This document shows, piece by piece, positions 1-16,960 of a stretch of 64,000 nucleotides of DNA. The position numbers were made by a program, and so were the translations under genes. A model generated the notes under the pieces. That model was given only the letters and a program-made list of their open reading frames with translations, had not been told where the DNA came from and searched no databases. Position 1 is the stretch's first letter, and every line of letters starts with the position of its first letter. Source of the stretch: the human T2T-CHM13v2.0 reference genome, Homo sapiens; the NCBI RefSeq assembly GCF_009914755.1, contig NC_060927.1. One strand, written 5' to 3'.

Positions 1-993
1 TAATCACAGAAATATCTGGAGAAAAGAACAGGATTTTTTATTCTCACAGAGAATTGTTGATTGGGACTTTCTTGACCCGTAAGATGTAAAGGTTAAGGTT
101 GTCTTTGTTGCTTTCTTTTAAATTAAATCCAAGTGCATCTTAATTAGGTTAAATACTTGGTTTTGGACCAAAAAATAGGGACTTCAACAAGCTACACTAT
201 AACTTATACCAACTGAAGTTGGTAGCTTTTACCTTCCTTCATCATTGCAGTTCTTACTAAAATGGAATTAGTGGGAGATGTTTCTTAAAGGATTATATTT
301 GAAGGTTTTCTGGAAACCAAAGTGTGAAAAGTTGAAGCACTCATCAGTATGGCATGACATGAATTTGAAGTTTTTTAAAGGCAAGCAAGCAGAATCTTTT
401 GGCATACCCTAATCTAAAAATATCACTTGATTAGATTCACTTTTCAATATTCCTTTTAATTCTATGGTACGGTTTTTAATGTGCCCTTATTTCTCTAAGA
501 AAAAAATGAAGAGCTAGAATCTAAAAATAAAACCCGTACTTAATACACAAGCTAAATATACTCCCAAGTTTTCTCACTGCTACATTAATTCAATGAAATC
601 TAATTTAGGCTAGTACCACTGTTATGAATAAAGATGAATACACATTACCAGTTCACATTGTGTTGTAGCATTTTTCTTTGAGACTTATCGGAAGAAATGT
701 TAATTGCTTAAGTCCTTACATAAGATCCGGTGTTCTTTAAAGTTTTCTTGAAGAGAGATTAAGGGAAAGGTGACAACTAAGTTTGCATTTATTTTTAGCT
801 TCATCCTATTCTATTGCTGTATTCCCAAAGTAGTCATCCTGACTTTATAGCATTCCTTAAGAGTTAACTTTCCAAAACCCAGATACTATAATGTTGCTCA
901 GTACCCCACCCCTACTTCATACTCAGATTCCTACAGTAGCCCTTGTTGCTTATAAGAGTATTCCCAAACTGGTGAATTCTGCTCCTGCCCAAT

Positions 994-1295
994 GTTTTGT
1001 TATTGTTGTTGTTTTCATAGAGATAGAGTCTTGCTCTGTCACCCAGGCTAGAGGGCAGGGGCATGATCAAAGCTCACTGCAGCCTACAACTCCTGGGCTG
1101 AAGTGATCCTCCTGCCTCAGCCTCCTGAGTAGCTAGAATTATAGGTGTGCACCACCATGCCCAACTAATTTTTTAATTTTTTGTCAAGCTGGGGTCTCAC
1201 TATGTTGTCCAGGCTGGTCTTGAATTCCAAGCTATCCTCCTGCCTCAGCCTCCCAAAGCACTGGGATTACAGGCGTGAACCACCACTCCCAGACC
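994..1295 (-). mobile_element. AluJ
   Basis: Full dimer with J-type right arm (gcagcc...ctcctgggct...gatcctcc) and a degenerate T-tail. Confidence 0.9.
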
Positions 1296-1317
1296 AGAAT
1301 GTTAATTTAGAAAGCTA

Positions 1318-1625
<308 letters not shown>

Positions 1626-2288
1626 ACTCCAAAGAGTTCAGTGCCCAGATGTTAGATTAAACAAGTCCCTTTACTGCAAAGTTTTTTTGTGCAGAATGAA
1701 CTGAATCTCCAAGAGTTCAATATAGTTTTTAACCTTTCACAACTTAATCATAAAATATTTGTAAGGCATTCCTGTTTAGTAAGATTATTCTGTGGAAGAC
1801 AAAGTAAAATTCTAGGGTGTTAACAATGTCTGTTACACTATGACCCTTACTCACATTTCTTGCTTCATGTCTTTTATTTTTGTGCAGATACCTTACTACT
1901 GTTTGATGACCACACTGAGTATTTTTTTTTTTTTTTTTTGGTATAAATTTAGAAGGTAAAAGTGCAATTTTGTTTCATGGATATATCCTGTAGTGGTGAA
2001 GTCTGGGATTGTAGTATAACCATCACCTAAATAATGTGCATTGTACCCATTAAGTATTTTTTTTTAATCCCTCCCATCCTCCCACCCTCCCACTCTTCCA
2101 ACTCTCCAGTGTCTATTATTTCACATTCTATGTTGATATGTACACACGTTTTAGCTCTCACTTGAGAACATGTGGTATTTGACTTTCTGCTTGTGGGTTA
2201 TTTCTCTTAAGATAATGGCCTTCAGTTCCATCGATGTTGCTACAAAAGACAAGATTTTATTCTTTTTTATGGCTGAGTAGTATTCCAT

Positions 2289-2374
2289 TGTGTGTGTGTG
2301 TGTGTATATATATATGTTTATATATTTATGTTTATATAGTCTGTATATATACATACTCTATCTATACACACATA

Positions 2375-2421
<47 letters not shown>

Positions 2422-2438
2422 ATATCTATCTATCTATC
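2289..2438. repeat. Compound microsatellite: (TG)n/(TA)n, then (TCTA)11 TATA (TCTA)3
   Basis: Read directly; perfect TCTA run at 2377-2420. Confidence 0.95.
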
Positions 2439-2540
2439 TCCCATTTTCTTTATCCAATCATCTGTTGATAGACATTTGGGTTGATTCCATATCTTTGCTA
2501 TTGTGAATAGGGCTGCTATAAATATGTGAATGCAGGTATC

Positions 2541-2839
2541 TTTTTCTTTTCTTTTTGAGACAGGGTCACACTCTGTCACCCAGGATGGAGTGCAGTGGTG
2601 TGATCTCAGCTCACTGCAACTTCTGCCTGCTGCACTCAAGAGATCCTCCCACTTCAAACTCCCAAGTAGCTAGGACCATAGGCATGCAACAAAACACTTG
2701 GCTGTTTTTTTGTATTTTTAGTAGAGATGCGGCCTTGTCATGTTGTCCAGGCTGGTCTCAAACTCCTAAGCTCAAGTACTGCACCCACCTCAACCTCCCA
2801 AACTGCTGGGATTACAGGTGTTAGCCACTGCACCCAGCT
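2541..2839 (-). mobile_element. AluJ inserted in L1
   Basis: Dimer with TSD ggtatc(t/c)tttt. Confidence 0.9.
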
Positions 2840-3335
2840 GGTATCCTTTTGATATAATGATTTTTTTTTCCTTTGATTATATACCCGGTAGTGGGATTGC
2901 CTGATCAATTGGTAGTTCTATTTTCAGTTCTTTGAGAAATCTCTATACTGTTTTCCATAGAGTTGTACTAATTTACACTCCTACCGATGGTATATAGATG
3001 TTCCCTTTTCTCTGCATCCTCACCAACATATTCTTTTTTGACTTTTTCATAGTAATCATTCTGACTGGTTGTAAGATGATATCTCAGTATAATTTTAACT
3101 TGTGTTTTTCTGATGATCAGTGATGTTGAACATTTTTTCATATATTTGTTGTGCATTTGTATGCCTTCTTTTGAAAAATGTCTGTTTGTGTCCTTTACCT
3201 TTTAGTAGGGTTATATAGGTTTTTGTTGTTGTTGTTGGGTTAAGCTCCTTGAAGATCCTGGATATTAGTTCCTTGTTGGATGCATAGTTTGCAGTATTTC
3301 CTTCTATTCTTCAGATTGTCTATTCACTCTGTTGA

Positions 3336-3768
<433 letters not shown>

Positions 3769-4519
3769 TAATTTTAATTTTTATGGGTACATAGTAGGTA
3801 ATACTAAGCCTTTCACATAGCTCGAGTTTATTTTTATATATGGTGAGAGATAGGGGTCCAGTTTCATTCTCTTGCATATGACAATCCATTTTTCCCAGCA
3901 CCATTTACTGAATAGGGTATGCTTTCCCCAGTGTATATTTTTGTCAATTTTGTCAAACCTCAGTTGGCTGTAGGTATGTGGCTTTAATTCTGGGTTATCT
4001 ATTCTAGTCTCTTGATCTATGTGTCTATTTTTATACCAGTTCCATGCTGTTTTGGCTACTGATAGCCTTGTAGTAGAATTCGAAGTTGGGTAATGTGATG
4101 CCATCTACTTTTTTTTTTTTTTTTGCTTAAGATTGCTTTGGCTATTCAGGTTCCACAGGTTGCTTTATTGGTTCCACATTAATTTTAAGATTTAAAAAAA
4201 AATGAGAAATGACATCGGTATTTTGATAGGAATTGCATTGAATCTGTAGATTGCTTTGGATACCACAGTGCATATTTTTAATGCCTTTTCGTCATTGTGC
4301 ATGTTGTTCTTTACCCTGACATTCGATTTATTTCTTCTTTCTTCTCTCAAAATCTTAATTTTTTTCGGGTCTAGACTGCATGTTATGTACTTTCTTATTA
4401 TTTTTTATCCTGCAAGAAAATAATTTGCTTTCTCATTTGTAATCTCACAGCATTTTGTTTACATACCACTAAAGTTCTTATTATCTGTTTTGAATCTGGT
4501 AATTGTCCACATCTTCCTA

Positions 4520-5250
4520 CAAGATGAGGAGTTCTTCAGGGGCAGGAGCTTTATCTTAATTCATCTTTGCAACTTTGATTTCTTAGTTCTCTGCCAGACA
4601 TGTAATAAGCAATCATTCTGGTTGAAGAGAATCGAGTTGAATAACTACAAAACTGTAAGTCAAACCATGTCACTCCTCTGTTCAGAAACCTGCAGTGTCT
4701 TCCATATTGACTCAGACTAGGAACTAAAGATCTTATAGAGGTCCCCTCTCTGTCCCAATACCTCCCTGACTCCATGTCTTAACTTTTATCTTCCTTATTC
4801 ATTCTGTTCCAGCCAAACTGGCTCTGTGATATTCCTCAAACATGTTCAGAATCCTGTCTTTAAGAGCCCTTTCTTCTACCTGAATGTTTTCCCCTAAACA
4901 TTCATCTGGCTAAACCCCTTGCCACCTTCAGGTCTCTACTCAAACGCACCTACTTCCTGAAACTTACCCAGAGTCCATTTTTAAAAATTATAGCCTTCCT
5001 TCCTACTCCCAGCTCTCTCAATCCCTCTGATTCTACTCTGTTTTTCCCATTACCACTGCATGACCTTCTAACACACTATGTCATTTAACTTTTTATCATG
5101 GTATTATTTTCCTGCCTCACCTGATCAGATGTAAGTTCCACAAGGGCAGGAGTATTTGTCTGCTTTGTTCATTGTTGTGTTCCATGACCTTAAAGCAAGA
5201 TCTGGACTCTGCTTTATGAACATATGTTAAGAGAACTGAATCAATGAATC
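4520..5250 (+). mobile_element. L2 3' fragments
   Basis: L2 3' motifs: tgtaagttccacaagggcagg...tgaatcaatgaat. Confidence 0.75.
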
Positions 5251-5809
5251 TAGTTTTTATCCCATTTTCTAGTTCAGTGATTTTGTGATGTCTGTTTGTC
5301 ACAGTATTTCCATATAGAACTTAGTAATATCAGGGTAGCTTTTGTTAGTTTTCATTATTGAAAAATTGTTCTCTGTACTTCAGCTCACTCAAGCTGTGAA
5401 AGCAGTGAAACATTGCATCAATTAAAATATTCCAATTAACACTAATCAAGAGGAGCAATAGTAATAACATAGCTGAACCAGGTTGTTGAATCTTTGTAGC
5501 CTCACACATCACTGTAGGCACAGTATGTCAATTAAATAAGATAATTTTTCCCTATTATGAATCTTGGTAAAATAATGAAGATATTCTTTGGAGAAAAATA
5601 AAGCATTATTAAAACATGGGTCCCTGTTTTAAAATAGCATGCTTCTGCTCTTCAATCCAGTATAGCATTGCTTGTATCATTGTCGTGATTAAGAATAAAA
5701 TTTCATGGCATGTCTACTCTGTCAGACAGTGAGGTAGGTTTTGGGAGCCTAGGAAATATGAGATGTTGTTTTTGCCCTCAAGGAGATTGTAGTCTCCCCT
5801 GAAAGTGTT

Positions 5810-5990
5810 TTTTATTCTGGTCCTAGATAATGTACTTATTAGAGGTTTAATTCTAAGCAAACCTCTTAACTTTTCTGAGTTTCAAATATTTTCTACAATT
5901 AAAGTTTATACTTAATGCCATCCATGTCTGCTTACTGAGATGTTTTCTTAATCAAATGAGTTATTAGTAAAAATGTTGGAGTTTTCTCTA
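5810..5990 (+). mobile_element. MIR fragment
   Basis: Degenerate MIR core (gcaaacctcttaacttttctgagtttca). Confidence 0.55.
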
Positions 5991-6229
5991 TTTGCTAAAA
6001 ATAAGTACTATAAAAATGTAAGGAAACATATCATTATTGGTCTAGTTGCTGCTACTATTATTATTACCACTACTTCTAATTTTGTTCTTGCCATTATTAT
6101 CATTTTAAATTATTATTGTTACCATCATTATCATCTTTTTCATAATCATTTTTATGCCTGAAGCATGGGCTAAGACACTATATTTACCAGTAACATGTAT
6201 CCAGTGCCCACCAAGTGCCCATCCCTGAA

Positions 6230-6793
6230 ATTTATCGGTAACCCTCACATCAATCCTTTTGGAGCCTCTGTGGTCATTTGTGGACTTGTGAAGAGCAGCA
6301 AAATATTTAAGTCACCCAACACTTATTTTCCCAGCTGAGGTTGAACAAAGTGACACTCTGCCTTCTCGTTTGAGCTCTAGGTGTACAAACAAGTGAGCTT
6401 TTTGCTGTCTGTTTAGTGGCACGTTGTTTTGCCTTCTTTGCTTTTTTGTTGGTGATTTCACTGTTTAAAATAGCCCAAGGGAATAGCACCGAGGTGCTGT
6501 CTAGTGTTCATAAGCATAAGAAAATCGTGCCTTACAGAAAAAATACGTGTCAGATGAGCTTCTTTCAGACCACGAATTCAATGTCAATGAGTCAGCATTA
6601 TGTATTAAATACCATGTCTTCAAACAGAAACAAGTAAAGCAAGGTTATGTATTGATTGGTTGATGAAAATGGTGTGACCAGAGACTCGCAGAAACCTAAC
6701 CCTGTGTTTCCCCTACGGTTTAGCAGTCACTAATTCAGTGCTTGGGGCAACTTTGCAGAGAACATAACTACAGCCAGTAATGTAAATTGACTG
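6230..6793 (-). mobile_element. TcMar-Tigger non-autonomous element (MER82-like)
   Basis: Ends ...aaattgactg followed by TA; the body resembles MER82 as I recall it. Confidence 0.7.
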
Positions 6794-6849
6794 TAGACAC
6801 CCGGCAGTATGGTGCTGAGGCTGAAAGCAATTGAGAACACAAATTGTCT

Positions 6850-8340
<1,491 letters not shown>

Positions 8341-8364
8341 AATGAGGAAAAACCATCAGGTTAT

Positions 8365-8592
8365 CTGGAGCAAGACAGCCTGGGTTAGTATTCTGGCATT
8401 ATCGTTTACTAACAATGTGTACTTGAGCAAATTATTTTGCTGTTCAGCAATCAGTTTCCTTATCTATAAAAAGGAATATAAAATTACCCACTTTAGGGAT
8501 TGTTCAGAGGATTCGATTTTATGTATTGTTAATATGTGAAAAACACTTAGGATAATGCCTAGCACATAGGAAGAACTCAATAAATCTTAGCT
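8365..8592 (+). mobile_element. MIR
   Basis: ctggagcaagacagcctgggtt...ctcaataaatcttagct. Confidence 0.8.
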
Positions 8593-8756
8593 CTAAATAC
8601 TACTATTCAACCTACAAGTGGCTGAATTAGCTAACATACAACTAAGCAAGAAAGGTGTGAGCATTGCTCTTCTATCACTTGAGGACCAGGATACCTCATC
8701 TGAGATCTGGAATATCTTCACTAGCTCACCCAACCACACCCACATATTTTGAGCAC

Positions 8757-9238
<482 letters not shown>

Positions 9239-9900
9239 TCACTGTTGCTTCATCTACAATCTTTTAAGAAGCCTGTGGCAATTCAAGTGCCACATGAGCT
9301 TTGTAGCTGTAAAGTTTCTTGTGATAGAAGAGCAATTGGAGTTGTGCTAGAATTCAGTTGCTGAAAACTGCACTAGGAAAGTTGCAAGGCAAAGACAAAC
9401 CCAAAGAAATCAGAATAGAAAATGATCTCAGGAGCAATGTTGTGACGATGGAAAGATGACAGGCCAGTGCTCTGACATGGAAAATGAGAATGTAGCTGGA
9501 TATTAGCTTGGCTCATATTTTTGAAACCCAGAGCATGAGTAGTCTCAATATTGATAGCCTGGGTTTGAGTAACTCTCTTAAACTCACTTGATGCCAAAGC
9601 TCTCATGAGAATCCAGTTGTGCCTTGTGGTGAGGTGAGGCTGTACCTTGGCACTGTCTGTGCACACTGACCTGCATTGAAAACAATGGGGGCAGTGAGCA
9701 GGGCCGAGGTGGAGATTGAGAGGAACCAGGTCGTGGATGCCAAAGGGGGAGAAATTGGCCAGGTTTTTATCCCGGAAGCTAAACTGAAAACTCAAGTCCC
9801 TTGATCCTCATTGTTCTGGGTCCACAGTCTGTGCAGATGGAATGTTGATTGGGTGATCACTGCCAGCAAAAAGTACAGACTGTTTTTTCTACTCTCATAA

Positions 9901-10219
<319 letters not shown>

Positions 10220-10949
10220 TCTCATAGCACTTTCTTATACTCTACAGCATTTACTCTAAACACTTTTACAGCAATGCTCTACATACTTTCTTTACACCTT
10301 ACAGTAGAGCCACTGATGTGCGTATCATATCTGGATTGTAAACGTCTTGAGATCAGGGACCATGTTGGATTCATCTTCACATTCCTCACAACATCTTCCA
10401 CACATGGCACCACAAGTAATATTGACGAAGGGAGGGCTGTCAGGCCGCACAAAGGATGGTAAGGTCTTCCTAACTGAAATCCTCTGGCTTCCTAGGATTT
10501 CAGAGGCAGAAAACAGTAACTATCCATCGCTGACACAGATGATCACCATGCTAGTTTGTTCATTGTCTTCTCTTATCAAATCAGTGTGGATTTCATATGT
10601 CTCCTCAGTTGTTTCTCCCACTTCTTCAGCAGCTTAGAAGTTTTGTTTTGCTGGGGAGCTGTTTTTAACTTTTAGATATAAGGTGAAAATGCTTATTTAT
10701 TAGTTTCCTCAGGTGTTACATGAACTAAGATGACTTCCACATCAGTTATAAATAAGAAAGTACCAAACTAAATCAGGACTGCTGTGTCACTTGGCACTAC
10801 TTCACGTCCTTCTTGGCAGCCTCGATGGGGGACGAGAGCTGAGTTGGCAAAGGGGGGAGTGATTTATCCTCCCACACTTAGAAGTAGGATGGAAAGCAGA
10901 AAGGTTCTACTTTTATATTACTTCTTCTTTTCAAATTTTCATATTAACA

Positions 10950-11170
10950 TCCCCTATCCGGTTTCTCTAGCTTATTTTTCTGTAGTGGGCATCAACGACA
11001 CTATGTGTGATTTGTTTATTTTGTTTGTCATCTCTTACCCACATTAAGCTCTTTGAGAAGAGAGATTTTTGCTTTGTTTTGTTTTGTCAGTGATATATCC
11101 CCAGTGTCTAAAACAGTGGCTGGCATCATGATAGGTGCCGATAGTAGGCATACTGTAGGTACTGAATGAA
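10950..11170 (+). mobile_element. L2 3' end
   Basis: tatccccagtgtctaaaacagtggctggca...tgaatgaat. Confidence 0.7.
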
Positions 11171-13004
11171 TCTTCGTTGGTTCTTAACTACCACAAAGTG
11201 CACTTAAGAGCAAGGGGCATGAGCAATGGCATTTCTAAGAACTGACAGGTTTAACACACGGCAGCCTTATCTCTGATTCTTCTTTGTGAAAATGAGAACA
11301 GGGAAACAGCACCCATTGCAAAATCTAAATCGATGATGAATGAACACGTAGCTTGCGTGTATATTTGACGATGGTTTTATTTTCAAAACTGTAATTAAAT
11401 GAGATAAAAATATATGGTTGAAGTTGCCGAAGCAACTTAAATTCAACATAAATAACAGCTGCTCCTCATCTGGGAATTTCATTTATATACAGAACTTTTT
11501 TTTTTTTGCCCTTAAAAATTTTTAACTGGTATACAGCTAATTCAGCATCCAGTATCCCAAGATACACTTTATACTCAAAGAAGATGGAAAAGAGAAGAGA
11601 AACAGCCCTCGTTGAGCCAGTGATGAAACAAAGCTGTTACTCCCCATACCTTTGATTTCCCTAAAATAGCTATGATGCAAAGCATGTCCAGTTTCTTAGG
11701 AGCAATGAGTCTAAGCATGACTGGCATTTTTTAATGAGTCCAGCAATCCCTACTTTAATAGTTCAAAATCCTGAAACTGAGTACAGAGTGAAGAGTCTTC
11801 TATTAGCTTTGAAAGCAAAATTTTTCTGCAGAGCATGGATGCCAGGAAGTACTGATAACATCTGCCTCTCCTTGTAAAGTAAGGATCAGTGCAGTTTCCT
11901 CCCAAGCTTCTTGGAGGAAAAAAATACCTACTCTTTGGATAGAATTAAGAGAAGGTATAATTACTTGAACATCGATCTAGTTTCATTTGCGAGTAGGAAG
12001 TGAGAAACTGCGCCTCTTTCCTGAGACATCGTATCCACTACCACTAAGTGCTAGGCAAATTTGGTAGTGAGTTCACTGCCTCGGTTTATATTCCTGAAAG
12101 GCTAATAAAAGAAAAGAAATTGAATGAAAAAGTTTGAGATGAAGAGATTTCTTTCACTTTGAAGCAGGGTTTTTCATGACCAATTGTATGGCTCGTAGAT
12201 TTGTAGTCTCTGGGGTTTGATCATGAACTGTGGTCCTTATGTCTCCATTTAGTAATATGTTTCCAAGGCTTTTCTGTAGATTACTGACTTTATCATGGCC
12301 TCTTGATGCATAACTTTTCAGCATTTTCTTCAGAGAATATTCATTCTGGTGTTACTTGAATGTATCTGATTTGCCTTCTAAGGTGCCTATTTATTAAGAA
12401 GATTGGTACAATGAATTACAACCTGCTAATTTTAATTTTCATTGGGGAGAAAAAAAGGCTATAAAGTAAAATTCAAAATGAAGAATCATATTTCTTTCTG
12501 TCAAAGCTATAATGAGCATAAGTCTATCAGTTATAAAATTATCACACTAGATGAAGAAAAGATAATTGTATGATATATCACTGACTGGCTGATAACAGCC
12601 CTAATCACAAATAATAGGCCCATGCAATTTGCAAGGAGTTGTTTCATGTTTTCATCATCTCTGGCATTCCCTGGGGCAGGGGTGAGTGGGCGAGTGGGTG
12701 GGAGAGTATTTATTTTGCAAAGCAATAACTCCAGTTCATATGTTGATTACATTCCAATTTTAATTTATCTCTTAGCTTTCCACTTAAGGATGGGGATGCG
12801 GAAAGTAGGTGGCTCCATGCCCTTGATTGGACACCTTTTCTTGAAGTTATTCTCCAAAGCTTCCCTGGCTATTGAGCATACAAAGGTCCTTTGTAGCCAA
12901 GATGCTGGAAAGCAGTGTGTCATGAGGACAAATACAAGAAAGTTCACCCTAGTCCAACAGGTCTCACCAACCACCACAGCCTGTGAAACAGGAAGAACAG
13001 CAGT

Positions 13005-13555
13005 GCTCAACAAGTACTAATTAAGTATCTACTATGTATCAGACACTGTTTTGGGCATTGGCTATAGCCTCATAAAAACTGGCAAGATTCCTGCCCCACA
13101 GTGAGCTTTTATTTGGGGAGGGAATGGAGACAGTAAAAAAGAAAGTACACAAATGAGAACCGTAGTTGCAGATGGCGGCGGTGGTGATTTCTGGGAAGGA
13201 TGTAGTAAAGAGGGGATGTGACAGAGAGTAACTGGAGTCAGGTCACGGTTGACTTTACTTAAGCCCTCAGGTAATGCTGCTCTGAAGAAGGGTCATTTGA
13301 GTTGGTTCCTAAAGGCTAAACATGATAAGCCAAAGAATGGGGAAAGAGCACTCCAAACAAGGGGAACAGCAAGGACATGGGTCCTGAGACTGGGTTAGCT
13401 GCAAGGTGTTTGAAGAACAGAAAGCAAAATGTGGCCATTACGGTATAACTAAGTAAGGAGGGAAGTGGCAGGGAGCAAAGCTGGGGACGTAGGCAGGGGC
13501 TGGATCCTGAAGGGCCTTTGCAGAGCACAGTGAAGGGTCCATATTTTATTCTGAA
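13005..13555 (-). mobile_element. L2
   Basis: Reverse L2 3' end (tctactatgtatcagacactgtt) and purine-rich body. Confidence 0.75.
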
Positions 13556-14139
13556 ATTGACCAGGCCAAATGCCTTCTGAAACCTTTGTTTCTCTTTGTG
13601 TTGTGTAAGTATGAAACCAAAGATAAAGAATGCAGCTGCCTAACCATTAACACTCCTGAGTCAGGATGATATGAGAAAAGAGATGAGCTCCCGTAGAGAA
13701 AAATGCTGGTAATAATAGCTTGCATGTTAGGGCACCCGTCTCCGAAGGAGAACAACATTATTAACGGTGCCATATCTCACTAATTGTAGTAACCTCATGA
13801 GTTAGATAGGTGTACTTTTTTGTGGAACACACAGGGAAACTCAGACATTTTAAATTAAGTTGTTCTTTGGCCTCTTAAATAGCACAAAGGTCTAGATAAA
13901 ATAGAGTATGTCAAAGAAATGAAGAAAAGGAAAGAACTAAAATGAGAAATAAAAATAGCCATCAGGAACGCTGTAAGCTCCCAGAGAAAAGGGCAGCCAA
14001 GCAACGTTTATTTTCTGTAAAGTCAAGAAAATAATAGTTGAGGGGTGAAAAACTGTGAGAGTCTCAGACAGTCAAACAGACCATCAAAAAGTATGGTTTC
14101 ATCCCTGTTATTTAATTTGATATAGAATAGAAGTTATAT

Positions 14140-14280
14140 ATAGGGACTTCTGGGTCGGGAAAATCCGGATTCTAATCTAAGCTCTTGGATGTTTATTTTT
14201 CTTTCTATTAAATGAGAATAGTAATAGAACCCACCTCAAAGAGTCGTGGTGAAGACCGAATGAATAAATACATAGAAATT
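14140..14280 (+). mobile_element. MIR fragment
   Basis: aaatgagaatagtaatagaacccacctcaaagagtcgtggtgaagacc. Confidence 0.6.
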
Positions 14281-14930
14281 GAGAAATTGTGTCATTTAGC
14301 TAAGCTGGATGGAACTGGCCTTAGCATTCTTCCAAATAGATAATATTTATAAAGTGGTTAAATTGCCAAAGTTAAGAAGCCTTCTTAACATGTAATATTG
14401 ATTATGCTATTTTTAATTCTTGCCTAGGTTTTGTTCCTGGAAACAAAGAGTGATATGTGATCTAGTAATGTGGTGCAAGAAGAGAAAGAGGAGAATAACC
14501 TCCAATTTTGCTAAATAGAGGATTGCTGACCCTAGGCAAATTTGTCTTTGGCAGTCTCCACACACCACTTTCCTCATCCAGTTTTTTAAGTCATTATCCT
14601 TCTTGAACTTTCTCAGCGCTATTTTGCCTTCTCCACTATTTCATAGATTAAATTTTCCTTTGATTCTTCTTTGGTTATTCAAAACTCACATTTGAAGACT
14701 CCATACTGCTCTTACTTACTTGTTAAGTGAAAGCAACCTGATTGAATTAATTCACTCTTCACTGAAAGTGATTAATAGCAAGGTCATACTTTTGAAGAAG
14801 GTATTTATGGTTTAAAATGATATTTTTGTAATTCCAAAGTAATATCTAAATTGTAAGGTTTTATTTGGTATGACCGAAGAGGGTGACAAAAAACTCAGGC
14901 AGTTGGAGAGAGAACACTGTGAGGGCTGGA

Positions 14931-14951
14931 ATCAGCACCTGGGACAGCTCT
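14931..14951 (+). promoter_or_regulatory. RE1/NRSE (REST binding site)
   Basis: ATCAGCACCTGGGACAGCTCT matches NTYAGMRCCNNRGMSAG exactly, with the canonical 2-nt spacer, in apparently unique sequence. Confidence 0.8.
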
Positions 14952-15145
14952 GAATAAGCTTTCCCTTTTACTCTGAAATAAGTGTATTAAGGATTTCCAT
15001 AGTGATGTTCATGGCTGCAGAATTAGAGGCTCTGAAAAAAAAAAGAAAAAAAAAAAGATCAGAAGTCATTTCTGTGAATGAGTCATTTGTATCTCAAGGG
15101 TACATTGACTTAGGAATATTAGACCTAGCATAAGATTTTGGTCCC

Positions 15146-15673
<528 letters not shown>

Positions 15674-15683
15674 TAATGTCAGG

Positions 15684-15983
15684 TTTTTGTTTTTGTTTTT
15701 AGACGGAGTCTTGCTCTGTCACCCAGGCTGTAGTGCAGTGGCGCGATCTCGGCTCACTGCAACCTCCGCCTCCCAGGTTCAAGCAATTCTCCTGCCTCTC
15801 AGCCTCCAGAGCAGCTGGGACTACAGGCACATGTCACCATACCCAGCTAATTTTTGTATTTTTAGTAGAGACAGGGTTTCCCCGTGTTGGCCAGGCTGGT
15901 CTCGAACTCCTGACCTCAAGCAATCTGCCTGCCTTGGCCTCCCAAAGTGCGGCGATTACAGGCATGAGCCACTGTGCCCAGCC
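15684..15983 (-). mobile_element. AluS (Sz-like)
   Basis: Full dimer; no TSD visible. Confidence 0.9.
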
Positions 15984-16019
15984 AAAAATCACATATATTT
16001 ACATCCTTTAAAAAAGGTA

Positions 16020-16300
16020 AGGCCGTTATCCTCAGCAAATTGACAGAAAACGAAATACCACATGTCCTCACTTACAAGTCGGAGCTAAGATGAGAACACG
16101 TGGACACATAAAGGGGAACACCACACACTGGGGCCTGTTAGAGAGTGGAGGGCGGGAGGAGGGAGAGGATCAGGAAAAATAGCTAATGGGTACTAGGCTT
16201 AATACCTGGGTGATGAAATAATCTGTACAACAAACCCCCATGACACAAGTTTACCTGTAACAAACCTGCACATGTACCCCTAAACTTAAAAGTTTTAAAA
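16020..16300 (+). mobile_element. Old L1PA (PA13-16-like) 3' UTR fragment
   Basis: ggatcaggaaaaatagctaatgggtactaggcttaatacctgggtgatg; TSD aaaaaggta. Confidence 0.85.
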
Positions 16301-16714
16301 AGGTAGACAAATATCAATTTTACTGTTGTATAGAAACAATATTTTTAAGTAACACAAGCATTCTCAGACCAGAAGATTATAGGAAGAATTTCTCATGAAG
16401 AATTATCTGAATCCAGGGTATACGTGCGTATATCTTAAATATAAGTGTTATAAAGAATACAGTTCATGCAATATAAAGGATAAGATATCTGATTCACTTC
16501 AGCATCAATCTTGACTTGAAAGCATAATTAGGACTAGCAGAAGAGGATATATTTTAAGTCTTATCAGGTTTGTTTTTTTTGTTTTGTTTTTTTTTTTTGT
16601 TTTTTTGCCACAGTAGTGTTGACTTGGCCACTCTAATGTTACTTTATCCGGTGGAAGTTCTCCCAGTGAGTCACTTTCTGTAAACTTTCCTTTGGATGCT
16701 CAAAAGTCATACTG

Positions 16715-16960
16715 ATAGTGCTAACATTTATAGACTACTGACTTTGGACCAGGCAGCATCTTAAGTGCTTTACATGCATGATCTTAATCTTCAGAAAGTC
16801 CTATGAGACAGGAATTATTGTCCTGACATTAGAAGTGAGAATTGAAGTTCAAGGAGATTAACTAACTCACCTACATCATACAGGTAGAAAGTAAGAGTGC
16901 GAAGTTTGTACTCAGGTCCTTCTGACTCCAAAACCAGGGTGTTAAACCATCAGGCAGTTC
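16715..16960 (-). mobile_element. MIR, near full length
   Basis: gctaacatttat...ctgactccaaaacc. Confidence 0.8.

Noticed and set aside
9685-9804. 39-codon ORF with a good Kozak context (MGAVSRAEVEIERNQ...)
   Set aside because: No recognisable homology, promoter or retrocopy hallmarks; expected by chance.
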